Positions 12,981 to 24,612 of a stretch of DNA of 64,000 nt are shown here, in pieces. The DNA is taken from the NCBI GenBank assembly GCA_964658305.1, contig OZ210885.1, positions 21,824,001 through 21,888,000 of the forward strand, read 5' to 3'. The notes under the pieces were generated by a model. It had not been told where the DNA came from. It worked only from the letters and a program-made list of their open reading frames with translations, and ran no database searches. The stretch's first letter is position 1. Every line of letters begins with the position of its first letter. The position numbers and the translations under genes were made by a program. Source of the stretch: Leptogorgia sarmentosa. Its lineage: Eukaryota.

Positions 12981-15099
12981 TTCGTAGGCTTATTGAAATT
13001 TACATGGCTTTTTAATTAACTTTAGAAATTTAAACGGAGTCTTTGTAAAACAATTAAGTCACTAAAAAATAACACTTTTGGACCACGGTCAAGATTTTGT
13101 AAAAAGCCACCCACTGCTGCAGGCAATCAGATTGCAGAAAATCAAAAAATATCACTAGGCATGCACAAATAAAAAAATTAATATATATATTTTTCCCTCT
13201 TAACTGTTTTTTTTGCAAAGCGCATGTTCATAACTTCTTTCCTGATTAATAGGTATTCACAAAAAACAAAAACGCAGTAATGCATACACTATTACTTTGG
13301 CAAAACTGATCAAAAACATGCTTAAGTGCAAGGGGGATCCGAGTGAAGGATGCAGAAGACCAGATGGCTGCTTTTAGGCAACATCAGTGTTGATGTCTAG
13401 TTTGAAGGCTAGGCTATCAAACTCTGGCCCATGAAATTCAACTAATCATCTGCGCAGCCAAAGTACCCTGCCACTATCTGCAGCTGCAGAACAAAGGAGA
13501 CTATTTAACTTTGGTAACAGGGTTTCATCAACAAGCATGTCCGGGAAGCAAAAAGCAGCTAAGAGGCGAAGATTACAAACGTGCACATTAAAATTTTGCT
13601 GCCTAACCTCAAAAGATGCAGACAGACCACCCAGTAGTGTGAAAGAAAGAACAGAATTGTTAAATGCAGGGCTTGGAGATTGCAATATCTCCTTTCCTCA
13701 GAATGGTGTCCCAGTGTATGATACACTAACTGAGAAATTTCCACAACTGAATGAAGCTGGAGGCTTTGATATGCTGTTGTACCAGAGGGGTGGTGGTGAA
13801 GACAGTGGCTTCCATATCATCAAACCTCCACACACCCCAAGTCACCTAAAGAACCTATGTGGTCAGGCAAAAATATATATAAGGCCAGTCCAGCAAGATT
13901 TGAAATTAAATGTGGAAGCTGCTACTCTGCTGCCAATGAAGGTATAGTCTATAATGTTTTGTAACTAAAGCATTTGTCATGTATAGCATATAGTAGTCAT
14001 CCAACAGCATAGGAGTAGCGGGCAATCACTCAAAGGTTATGGGAGGTGTAACAGTGTCACTTATTATGAAGTACAAATTGTTAGTGCGATACAGTACTGT
14101 GTATTCCTGATGTACATGCTTAGTAACCACTAGCTTTGTATTGGCAATTAGTTGGAACTTGGTGAGTAACAAGTGTACATAATCTGTTTGCTTGTCTACT
14201 ATGTACATGTGTGGGTGTTGGCATGTGGCAACTGATTTACTTAGTTAATTCAACTTTTTTCATGTTACAAACATACTTGACCCTTCACTCCTGCCCATAA
14301 AGCCGTTGTAAATGAACTGTTCCTTTGCAATGTTACTGATTATAACATATCTGTTCACTAGACTAACAGTTGGTGTTGCAATGATGAAGATGCGTCAGCA
14401 CCATCAGGAGAATCATGTGCAATCTGATTCAGATGAAAAACCAGAGAAGGTAAGTACATTTTGCATTTCACAGCTGCGGATTTATCAGTTGAACTAGTGC
14501 ATTAATAAGGTCAACAACTTTGCATGCTGTCTGCTACATGGTATCTATAATTATCAATTGCAACCCCCCCTAACTAATTGTGTAATTAGTAATTTACACT
14601 GATAGTATGACCTACCCTTGCTTTACTGCCAATTGTTAATTTTTTACAAAGACAAACAACACTTGAAGAAATAATAAATGACAGGTACTGCATATTAAAT
14701 ATTCATGAAGAAAACACAATGAAAATCATGGCAGTGTTAGTGGTGTTGTATGTGACAAAATTTCATGTTAATTTACACAACTTTAGCTTTCTTAGATTAA
14801 ACAATATTGATTTAAGATTACTTCGCCAATGAACTCATAAACATGGGTCATTTTTAAGCCATTTAAAGCTCTTGTAGTTATGATTTATTAGTTATAAAAC
14901 ATTTGGGTTGTGCCTCATGTTTTATATGTGATAAAGCTCTGCTTGTGTGCTTTAAATATATAACACAAATACATGTAATTACACATATTAAGGGCTGGCC
15001 TGATAAGCAGAGGCATTGTTCCTCCCACCAAGAGGAGGCACCCACCATGTTGTTTACATTTTAGACAATGAATATTTTGATTCCATGATATTTTGTTTT

Positions 15100-15485
15100 A
15101 ATGGACCAATTGCATAATGGACAAAATTTTTAAAAAGTTCGAAATAGTACAATTCATAACAATAGCGTGAAAGGGCATCCCAAAGTTAGTAAAATGGCAA
15201 AGTTTGGGTCGAAATGTTGTAAAATCTAACCGTGCGAAATTGGCAAATTTGTATACTTTTGTATTACGTGCGTGAATTGCTAACTAAATTAGTTACTTCA
15301 TTTCGCACGTAATACGAAAGTATACAAATTTGCCAATTTCGCACAGTTATATTTTCCGTATTTTACAACATTTCGCACCCAAACTTTGCCATTTTACTAA
15401 CTTTGGGATGCTCTTTCACGCTATTGTTATGAATTGTACTATTTCGAACTTTTTAAAATTTTGTCTATTATGCAATTGGTCCATT
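15100..15485. mobile_element. Palindromic foldback MITE in an intron
   Basis: AATGGACCAATTGCATAAT...ATTATGCAATTGGTCCATT; the two arms are near-complementary over most of the length. Confidence 0.85.
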
Positions 15486-16065
15486 GAATTATTAATTTAC
15501 CTTTCTTGTTACAATTTTTTGATCATGGGGACTTGTACCTGGACTGGTTTTAAGTAAAGCATGTTGGTTTTAAGTAAAGCACCTTGTCTTCTTTTTTGTT
15601 TGCATTCACTCAAATATTTCACAAGATGGGCAAAGTGATACTAACGGCCAAGAATCAAGTAGCATAAGCATTTTGAGGGAGCTTTGCCCTGATGCAAGTA
15701 TCGCAGACATCACCCATGCAATATCTGTCTCAAATGGAAGTGTTGATGTGGCTGCTCAACAGCTGTTGACAGGTACTGTGTAAAATGAGGACTATGGTGT
15801 CCGTGGAGAGACATCAAGATTTTTAACTTATTTTTGCATTAATTTGCATGCAATTTACATTTAATTTAATTTGTTTTTAAATTATATCTTAATGTTTTTC
15901 TTTTTCGTTCTTGATTATTTTAAAAACAATTCAATTCAATTGGTTTCATTTCAAAATTTTAATATGAAAATAACCTTGTCCGAGAAGAGACAAGACATTC
16001 ATTAACGAGTGTAACCGCTGACCATTGCATGTGCATTGGGGGTTCATGTTCATCTACCATTCAAA

Positions 16066-17277
16066 ATGGCCTCCCAAGCAAACGAATGGAAGAACGACGA
16101 GGACTTGAGATTTGAACTGGAAGCCTTAGTGAAGAAAGCATACAAGAGGAGTGAAATTATTACTGTTATGAGGAAAGAGTTCCCACAGTATGCATGGGGC
16201 TGTATAAAAACACTTGATCGTCGACTGCACCATTTCAACATCAAGTATATAGATTACAACACTCCTTTGCAAGATGTGAAAGACGCAGTTCAAAAAGAGC
16301 TTGAAGGACCTGGTAAACTTCTTGGGGTACGAGCAATGACAAAGAAGCTTCGAATGGTCCACAATATCAAAGTGCCTCGTGATTTGATAAACAATGTGAT
16401 GTTTGAATATGACCCAGATGGTTTGGCAGAGAGGCAGCCGTGCAATAAAGACAAACGAAAGAAAGGAAACTTTGTCACTCAGGGTGTTAACTGGGTTTGG
16501 AGTTTGGATGGGCATGACAAATTAATGGGGTTTCAGAACTCAACATTCCCCATTGCATTGTATGGTTGTTATGATACGGGATCCAGAAAAGTATTGTATT
16601 TAAAGGTCTGGACATCCAATTCAAGGCCTGAACTAACTGCTAGATGGTACTTTGATTATATTTTTGAAGCAAGGAAAATTTCAAGCATGCTGCGACTGGA
16701 CAAAGGTACAGAAACAGGACTCTTAGCTAGTATACATGCATTTCTACGTAAGGAGCATGGAGATATGGCCCCTGAAGACACTGTCCATTTTGGTAGTTCC
16801 ACCTCCAACAAAATTGAACGATTCTGGAAAGAAATACATGAACGCATGGAGAAGTTTTTCAAGCGTCAGCTGCTGGAATTGTTGGAAAGAGGACATTACA
16901 ATCCTGAAGATGAGGATGATAGAAATATGTTGTCTTTCATATACATACCTATTGTCCAAAGAGAAGTAAATGTTTTCATACAGTTGTGGAATAACTCAAG
17001 AACCAGACTTCAGAAAAAGACATTAATGCCTGATGGTATTCCAAATTATATATACAGCAATCCAGAAGAATATGGCTTAGTTGATAAGGGCTGGGAAGTG
17101 TCTCTAGATGACCTGCAAGCAGCTGCTAAGGTTTCAGGGGTTTTAGCAGTTGAGCAAGACTACATACCAGCGAATTTTTCAAGACGATGCCATGATGTTG
17201 TGCCAGAGCCTGAGAAGATACCATCAAAGGATGCTGCAAGGTTTTATTTGATGTTGCGTAGAGAAGTAAGGCAGTAG
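16066..17277 (+). CDS. Integrase-core DDE transposase (IS3EU-like), intact, 403 aa from first ATG
   Basis: N-terminal HTH-like region (KTLDRRL); WSLDGHDKL (D), YGCYDTGSR, LRLDKGTE (D), SNKIERFW (E), LWNN. No stops. ATG in caaaATGg context. Confidence 0.9.
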   Translation: MASQANEWKNDEDLRFELEALVKKAYKRSEIITVMRKEFPQYAWGCIKTLDRRLHHFNIKYIDYNTPLQDVKDAVQKELEGPGKLLGVRAMTKKLRMVHNIKVPRDLINNVMFEYDPDGLAERQPCNKDKRKKGNFVTQGVNWVWSLDGHDKLMGFQNSTFPIALYGCYDTGSRKVLYLKVWTSNSRPELTARWYFDYIFEARKISSMLRLDKGTETGLLASIHAFLRKEHGDMAPEDTVHFGSSTSNKIERFWKEIHERMEKFFKRQLLELLERGHYNPEDEDDRNMLSFIYIPIVQREVNVFIQLWNNSRTRLQKKTLMPDGIPNYIYSNPEEYGLVDKGWEVSLDDLQAAAKVSGVLAVEQDYIPANFSRRCHDVVPEPEKIPSKDAARFYLMLRREVRQ

Positions 17278-17555
17278 GTTAGCACTGTATGGTAACTGGG
17301 TAATCAATACCCTTCATTAACTGACAGATTCAGGTTGTTTATATTGTGTTTTTTTTTCTGAAGTGTAAAACTTTCTAATTATCAAAAACTACAAAAAAGA
17401 AAGTATTCACAATAACATAAAACTCATTTGCTGCAATATATACATAACTTGCAGTTCATAACTTATAACTCTTTACAGATAATATATTGTTTGAACATGA
17501 ATAAGAATATGAATAAGAAAGTTAGTTTCTAAAACATTTGATATGAACTAGATAC

Positions 17556-18908
17556 CTATTTTTTGGAAGAAATGTGATACTTAGGATCATCCTCTTTTAA
17601 TCCTAACATGTTGCAATAAATGCTGCACTCATGGATTTCAAAAAATGTTTCTATAGCATCAGTAGAAAGGTTACCGATGCAGAAATTCAACTGGTTGGCA
17701 CTTGTTAATACTTTGCTTGCTACTTCAGGATCATATAATTGATAACCTGTTCCTTGAATGTCAACAAGTAAACATTCACCTTGGCTTACTTGATAGGAAT
17801 AATGCATCAATGTTTCTGCTTTCTTCGTGATGGTGTCATTACTGCTTTCACTTGTTGCACAAGTGTTGCCAGTATTATTGACATACTTGGTGAAGCTGCC
17901 CTCCAGATACCTCTCAATTGTAACAAATGATGCATCATCATCATTATCATTTTTTATTTTCCCAAAAAGCATGCTATCATAAGAAAATGTCTCACCAAAA
18001 GTTTCTGGAACATTTCTTTGCATCTGAATAGCAATGTTTTGGGCCAATGTATGCATCTGGACCTGTTTTCTAGCATGCTCTTCTTCTGTAAGATTGAGAA
18101 GCTTCATGTCTTCCAAGGCTTTTTCTTTATACTTCTTTAATACCCACTTACCAGACAATTTCCCATCAATACTTTCACACTTGTAAGCCTTTCTGAAGCC
18201 CCCTTCAGCAAAACTCTCACTCTCCACTGCAAATGTCATAGTTTTTGCTACAGTCCATCCATCTTTGATATCAAAGCCTTCAATCTCTACTTGCACTGTA
18301 TCACGTTTCACAGGCTTAATTAGCTTTCCCATTTTTAACATTGTTGCCACTGACAAAGAAGAAGGAAAGGATTTATGTAGTTTTGAATCACTGGACTTCA
18401 TTGGTTCAGAGGCTCTCTGTTCGGTATGGTTAGACTTGGTACGTTTTTTAGGTGGGGGTTTGTAACTAAATGGCACTGATTTTTCATCATTTTCGTCTGA
18501 GTCACCAAAAGCTTCATCAACAGTATATTGCTTGTGGATGAATCGTACGAAAATTGTGCCATTTAAATTCTTGATTTTGTTCAGATTTTCGATAGATGGT
18601 CCTCGCTCAGTCTCCAGTATATCACAATCAAAATCTTTCATGTTAAAACCAGCAATGCATGCCCTTCTCACAACATCAATAGTTGCTGGTGCACACATGT
18701 CTTCTTCCAAAACATCCACTCTTTTCAATGGCCCCATTCGTGCATACTTTTGTGAAGATCCTTTAACTTGAGCTGATAATCGCTGAATGGTTAATTTTTT
18801 GGGTAAGAGCCGGTCTTTACCCTTCCCAAGTTTATTTTTGTCCGTTTTTCTTGTTCGTTTTGCTGCCATAATCTTCTGGTACTTTTTGAACTCGTCTTCG
18901 TCCGCCAT
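17556..18908 (-). CDS. Alpha-kinase (eEF2K/MHCK/TRPM-type atypical kinase domain), intact, intronless, 450 aa
   Basis: FAEGGFRKAYK, WVLKKY, Q-x-x-x-x-A-Q, IERYLEGSFTKYVNNTG, HYSY, LLVDIQG, LYDPEV, GNL, FF..HEC..YC..LGL (Zn ligands). Confidence 0.93.
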   Translation of the reverse strand: MADEDEFKKYQKIMAAKRTRKTDKNKLGKGKDRLLPKKLTIQRLSAQVKGSSQKYARMGPLKRVDVLEEDMCAPATIDVVRRACIAGFNMKDFDCDILETERGPSIENLNKIKNLNGTIFVRFIHKQYTVDEAFGDSDENDEKSVPFSYKPPPKKRTKSNHTEQRASEPMKSSDSKLHKSFPSSLSVATMLKMGKLIKPVKRDTVQVEIEGFDIKDGWTVAKTMTFAVESESFAEGGFRKAYKCESIDGKLSGKWVLKKYKEKALEDMKLLNLTEEEHARKQVQMHTLAQNIAIQMQRNVPETFGETFSYDSMLFGKIKNDNDDDASFVTIERYLEGSFTKYVNNTGNTCATSESSNDTITKKAETLMHYSYQVSQGECLLVDIQGTGYQLYDPEVASKVLTSANQLNFCIGNLSTDAIETFFEIHECSIYCNMLGLKEDDPKYHISSKK

Positions 18909-19845
18909 GTTTCAGGCTTTCAGCTTAATGCCGCCCTCGAGATGCAATGGTCAGCGGTTACACTCGTTAATGAATGTCTTGTCTCTTCTCGGACATAAGG
19001 TTATTTTCATATTAAAATTTTGAAATGAAACCGATTGAATTGAATTGTTTTTAAAATAATCAAGAACGAAAAAGAAAAACATTAAGATATAATTTAAAAA
19101 CAAGTTAAATTAAATTTAAATTGCATGCAAATTAATGCAAAAATGAGTTAAAAATCTTGATGTCTCTCCACTGACACCATAGAGGACTGTGTACTACATT
19201 ATTCTTAAACAACATGAGTGTAGGGTGACCCAAATTACAAAAACAACATGGTAAACAAACTCAACATGGTATTATGTACATGTCAGGAACCTAAAGCTAA
19301 TATGTTTATAAAGCAATTTTATTTTTAGACGAAGTTCAAACCATAAATGTTGTTGCAGACCGTGATGATGATTCACCACTGCCTTTTGCATTTGATTATG
19401 ACGATGCATATGATGCTTCCTCTCCATCAAGTGCCTTGAAACAGTTCCAGCAGAACAACGTTGATGAAGACAGCGCTGCCCAATGTATATCTGTGAGCAG
19501 AATGGAGTCGCTCAGTTCAGAAGAGACATACTCGGAATTTACAAGAACAAAAAAACAAAACTTAGAGTCAAACCAAAAATACATTTTGAGGAGGAAGGTG
19601 CTGTCGGTAATGGTCCTGTGCGAGAGTTCCTTGCCAATGCTGTCAAGACCATTGAACAGGGGATACCTTCTACATCATCCAAACCACTGCTTTTTTTAGA
19701 AGGCGAAAAAGATCATCTTCTTCCTATACATGACCAATCTCTTTGCTTAACTGGGACATTCAAGGCTCTTGGTTCAGACGGTCAAGCTGATCGGTCATGA
19801 ATTTTGGAGCTCCCTCAATTATATTATATTCCTAATAGCTTAATT

Positions 19846-20703
19846 ATGGCTACAAAGAAATTAAGAGAAGAAAACGATCTTTTACGATCGGAGATCAAAG
19901 AGTTAAAGAACCAACTATACAAGATAAATGAAGATTTAAAAACACAACAAACTACTGCAGCATCAAAGCCAGACAGAACCGCTGAAGCAAAACAGGCAAA
20001 AGATACGATCAAACGAACGAACTCTGAGGAACGAGCAGAGGCTGTTGTTTTTATGAGCAAACAATATGATGATCTAGAAGTATTCCGTAAGCAAGCGACG
20101 CAAGATATTCAACAGATCACAAAAAAATTGGATTCAATCAGTAAAAATTGCAATGAGATTACTGAGGTCATCGAAGCGACTGAACAATATAGCCACCAAT
20201 ACAACATTAAGATCATGGGCGTACCGCTATTAAACAAGAAAGAATCGGCAGAAACTACAACGAATCTGTGTATTAAGCTGTTTACGGCTATGGGCGTAAC
20301 TGATGTATCCTTACAGGATATAGACATTGCACATCGCGTACAATCTAGAAGACCTTCACAAAATTCCAGCCCAATTATATGTAAATTTGTCCGTCAACTT
20401 GCTAAAGAAAGGATTATGTCGGCTCGGAAACATGCATTAGATAATATCACGCCTGAACAGCTTGGTATTGAAATAGCCTATCCCTCAACTACACGAATTA
20501 GCATGTTTGACCATTTGACACCACGTCTACAAAGCCTTCTGTATGAAACAAAAAGGTATAAAACGAGCAAGGGTTATAAGTTCTGCTGGGCAAGAAATAG
20601 TCAAATTTATTTAAGAAAATCTGATGACACTGGAGTAATCCGTCACTGGAGTCATCAAGACAATCTTGACAATATCTCAGCTAAGTACTTTATTTTTCTT
20701 TGA
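19846..20703 (+). CDS. LINE ORF1 (coiled coil, RRM-like region, C-terminal domain)
   Basis: Heptad-rich N-terminus; EQYS..YNIKIMGVP, IDIAHRV, PIICKF, DHLTP, FCWARNSQIYLRK. Directly upstream of the APE domain. Confidence 0.85.
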   Translation: MATKKLREENDLLRSEIKELKNQLYKINEDLKTQQTTAASKPDRTAEAKQAKDTIKRTNSEERAEAVVFMSKQYDDLEVFRKQATQDIQQITKKLDSISKNCNEITEVIEATEQYSHQYNIKIMGVPLLNKKESAETTTNLCIKLFTAMGVTDVSLQDIDIAHRVQSRRPSQNSSPIICKFVRQLAKERIMSARKHALDNITPEQLGIEIAYPSTTRISMFDHLTPRLQSLLYETKRYKTSKGYKFCWARNSQIYLRKSDDTGVIRHWSHQDNLDNISAKYFIFL

Positions 20704-21182
20704 ATTTTAAATGAGTAGATCAGAAATCCATATTAATAGATCTATCCTGGCTCAATTACCTTTCTATGGTGTATATAGTGATGATGTTTTTATCGATCAC
20801 TGTACCAGCGAAAGATATTGGAACAAACTTACTAGTCTATATAATCTAGATGTATTCAATCTTAATATTGAAACAGACGCTGATATTAATACGGATCGAA
20901 ATGCAATGAGCAACCATATTAAATGTAAATATTATTCTCCAGAAAGCTTTACTAAAATTGAAAAGGATTCATACGGCTCAAGTGATAGCCGTTTCTCTTT
21001 TTTTCACAATAATGTATGTAGTCTATGCAGAAACTTAGATCATTTACAAACTCAAATATTGGATGAGCTTGATTTTTCATTTAGTGTAATAGGCATCACA
21101 GAAACGCGTATCAAACAAAACAATTGTAATGATTTCAACTATAATATTACTGGGTATCCATTTGAATTTGTACCAACACCTC

Positions 21183-21631
21183 TTATTATACATTTAAAAT
21201 TTATTCTCGTTCCTGATTGGTCAGAAAGCACCGGCTAATTGTCAGTATTCGGTATTTATTACGTATTTTCCGCCGATGACGTCATCAGCGTCCAATAATT
21301 ATTTTTTTGGATCGAACTTGCATCCAAAAAAAAAATTATTGGACTCTCTCGTGCCCAAGCCCTAGCGCTGTCAAAAGCTTGAAGCTAAAAGCGCGCGAAA
21401 AAACAAACAAACAAACAATGGCCTGTAGCAGATTTGCTTCGCTGAATGAAAGTGAACTCTCTTTTAAATGTATAATAAAACAATTATTGGATTCGGCTTT
21501 CGCATGATATCAAGAATTATTCAGACCTCGGTCAATGTTATCCGCCTCAGCTTCGCTTCGGCAGATAACATTGACCCCGGTCTGAATAATTCTTGATATC
21601 ATGCTCAGCCTCATCCAATAATTGTTTATTA
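21183..21631. mobile_element. Non-autonomous Crypton-like insertion in the LINE APE domain
   Basis: Splits FVPTPL / TAGGVGMY. TTATTA at both junctions. ~155-bp imperfect palindrome at ~21475-21630. Confidence 0.6.
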
Positions 21632-24538
21632 CTGCTGGAGGCGTTGGAATGTATATATAAAATAATCGATTTAATTATGTGGTCATTGAAAAGGCAATTA
21701 ACATAGCTTATCAAGCACTTTGGATTGAAATTGATATTCCAAAGAAAAGAAATATCATATGCTCAGTTATATATAGGCAGCATAATTTGCCTGAGGCGTT
21801 TCAAACATACTTTGAACAAAAATTAGAATATTATACCTCAAAAGGCAAGCATGTTGTTATCATGGGTGACTTTAACATAGATCTTTTAAAAATTGACCAA
21901 TGCAACTACGCACATAATTTCATGTTATCTTTACAAAGTTGCTCAGTGATCCCTAGCATTGATAAACCTACACGTGTCCACAGAAACTCATCCACGCTAA
22001 TTGATAACATATTTATTAATAACCCTGATAATATATTAGTTAGTGGAAATATAATATCTGATGTGAGTGACCACTTTTCACAATTTTGTATTTTAGATTC
22101 TTTAGCTAGCGTTAGACAGAATATTTTTAAACACAAATATCGTGACTACTCACAATTTTCCGAAACTTTGTTTAATAATGAGCTCTTAGAAATAGACTGG
22201 GAGTCGATTTTAATGAATTCATCAGATAACCCAAACAAGGCATTTTCGACTTTCTTTAATAAATTAAACAAAACTCTAAATAAACATGCACCGCTTAAAA
22301 CTATTTCAAAACGTAAATTGAAGCAATCAACCAAACCATGGATAACGAAAGGGATAAGACGATCAATAAGATTAAGAATAAGTTATTTCACTCTAATAAT
22401 AACACGAAATACAAGTTATATCGTAACTATCTTGTAACTTTAATTCGATCAAGTAAAAAGTTGTATTACTGTGATTATTTTAACTCATATTATAATAACA
22501 TGAGTAAAAAGTGGGAAGGAATAAGGGAAATATTAGGGCGCAATAGCAAAATTAAAAACAATATCAATGCTGTTCGACAAGATTCAAATGCCCAATTAAC
22601 ATTTGATCCCACAAAGATATCAAACATAATAAACCATCATTTCGCTTCTTGTGGCCAATGTCTAGCTGCAAAAATACCTCATTCTGAAAAACATTATTCA
22701 ACATATCTTCCTGACCTAAGCATGTATAATTCCGCAAATGCTTCCCAACAACAAGGGTCTTTTGCTTTTATCCCAGTTACAGCTCGAGATATTGAACTTG
22801 AAATTATAACATTACCTGCCAAAAAGGCTGAAGGCCTGTATTCGTGCCCTTATCGAATCTTAAAAAGTGCCCAACACGTTATAAGCAAGCCTTTAGCAGA
22901 TATCTTTAATTGCTCCATTGAAACTGGAATTTATCCCAGCAAACTTAAAATCGCAAAAATTATACCAATCTACAAATATGATGACGAAACTGACCCAAAT
23001 AATTATCGCCCAATATCTCTCCTATCCTCATTCAATAAAATTTGAGAAAATTATGTATAAACGCTTACAAAGTTATCTAGCTAAGAAAGAATTTTTCTGT
23101 GATTCACAATATGGTTTTCGTAAACAACATTCAACCCAACATGCTATTCTTGATATTATTAACAAAATTCAAGATAATATGGAGGAAAAAATGTACTCCT
23201 GTGGTATATTTATTGACCTAAAAAAGGCATTTGACACGGTTGATCATGATATTCTGTTGGGTAAGGTAGATTATTATGGTATCAGAGGAGTAATCAATAA
23301 CTGGTTTTCTTCTTATCTTAAAAATCGCACGCAAACTACTTCAGTCGGAAATTGTGTATCTAACAAAGAAACTACCTTGTGTGGAGTACCCCATAGCTCA
23401 GTTCTTGGACCTCTACTCTTTTTGATCTACATCAATGATATTTGTAAGTCATCTGAGATTTTCAAATTCTTTCTTTTTGCTGACGATACTAACTTATTGT
23501 ATGCCGATAAAGACCTAAAAATGCTTGAAACAGTTGTCAACACTGAATTAAAGAAAGTCTGTGAATGGCTTGCAATAAACAAACTCACCCTTAATATAAG
23601 CAAATCAAATTTTGTAATTTTTCGACCATATCAGAAGTCATTGAATTTTCATCCAGTAATTAAAATGTTTGATAATGATGCCAAACAATATACACCACTT
23701 GAATGCAAAGAATATGTTAAGTACCTTGGAATTATTATTGACTGTAACTTGAACTGGAAGCATCACATAAATTATATTACATTAAAGATTAGTAAAATTG
23801 TAGGAATCATTTCTAAATTGAGATATTATATTCCAAGTCATACCTACATATTTATAAGTCATTGATTTCACCATATTTAACATATGGTGTTGTTGCTTGG
23901 GGAAATGCTGCTAAAGTTCATATTCAAAAACTTCTTGTTTTACAAAAGCGTGCATTACGACTCATGAATTTTAAATCATTTCAAGATCACGCAATTCCTT
24001 TATTCCTTTCTACCTACATTCTTCCTGTAACTATGATCTATGTTAAGGAATCTGCTTGCATGCTATACGATATATTAAAAGGGGATGCGCCTGAAGCACT
24101 GCGTAAATTATTTACCAAAACGTCTGATTATCATAATTATGATACGAGAATGGTTTCAAATGATAACTTATATATCAATTCTTCTCGTCTGGAATTACAA
24201 AAGCGTTCATTTTCTAGAGTCGGTACTTTAATTTGGAATAGCATTGATCTCAATCTTTGCTCATCCCATAAACAGACTTTTAAATCTAAAATACATCAAG
24301 CTCTTTTAACCATACTTCAAAATCAAAATGACTATGTTGACGTACCCATGATAATTAAAATGCTGCCTAATGTAACCGCGATATAATTTTCAACTCATTA
24401 TAACTTTCTAATTACTCTCAAAAAGAATATATTTGTGTCATGAAAAATATTTTTTATTAAAAATTATCATAGCCAATTGGAATTTAAACTCTCACTCTGT
24501 AAATAATTTATTTTACTCCTTCTCAATATAAATCAGTT

Positions 24539-24574
<36 letters not shown>
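24539..24574. repeat. (TA)n microsatellite
   Basis: tatatatata run at the LINE / HECT-B junction. Confidence 0.9.
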
Positions 24575-24612
24575 AAAGAATACTTTTTACATAATAAATA
24601 TTCTTTTACTAG

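Larger units (their letters stand above)
15793..19181 (+). mobile_element. Complete IS3EU-like DNA transposon carrying a transposase and an alpha-kinase
   Basis: TIRs at 15793-16030 and 18942-19181 (~240 bp, few mismatches). Termini TATGGTGTC...GACACCATA. Perfect 6-bp TSD GAGGAC (15787-15792 and 19182-19187). Two convergent open ORFs. Inserted in an intron of HECT gene A. Confidence 0.95.
13537..19773 (+). pseudogene. HECT E3 ligase cargo gene A, 5' part (multi-exon): N-terminal module, CUE/UBA-like exon, HECT N-lobe
   Basis: Exons ~13537-13941, ~14362-14449, ~15627-15772 (LRELCPDAS...VDVAAQQLL) and ~19330-19773 (EEGAVGNGPVREF, FLEGEKDHLLP), with GT/AG edges. Frameshift at ~19500. Cut by the LINE. 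Confidence 0.7.
19771..24540 (+). mobile_element. Near full-length CR1/L2-clade LINE (ORF1 plus APE-RT ORF2), frameshifted
   Basis: ORF2 motifs HNNVCSL, GITET, AGGVGMY, IYRQH, GDFNID, LIDNIF, SDHFSQF, NYRPISLL, QYGFR, FIDLKKAFD, GVP.SSVLGPLLF, FADDT, KYLG. Several frameshifts. Boundaries approximate. Confidence 0.9.

Noticed and set aside
16066..17277. Bacterial IS3/IS481 contamination
   Set aside because: Related transposases in the window have spliceosomal introns, the cargos are eukaryote-type enzymes, and the element sits in an intron with a clean TSD.
17556..18908. Host eEF2K/TRPM6/7/ALPK gene
   Set aside because: No channel, Sel1, vWA or Ig domains. It is intronless and enclosed by TIRs and a TSD, so no gene symbol was assigned.
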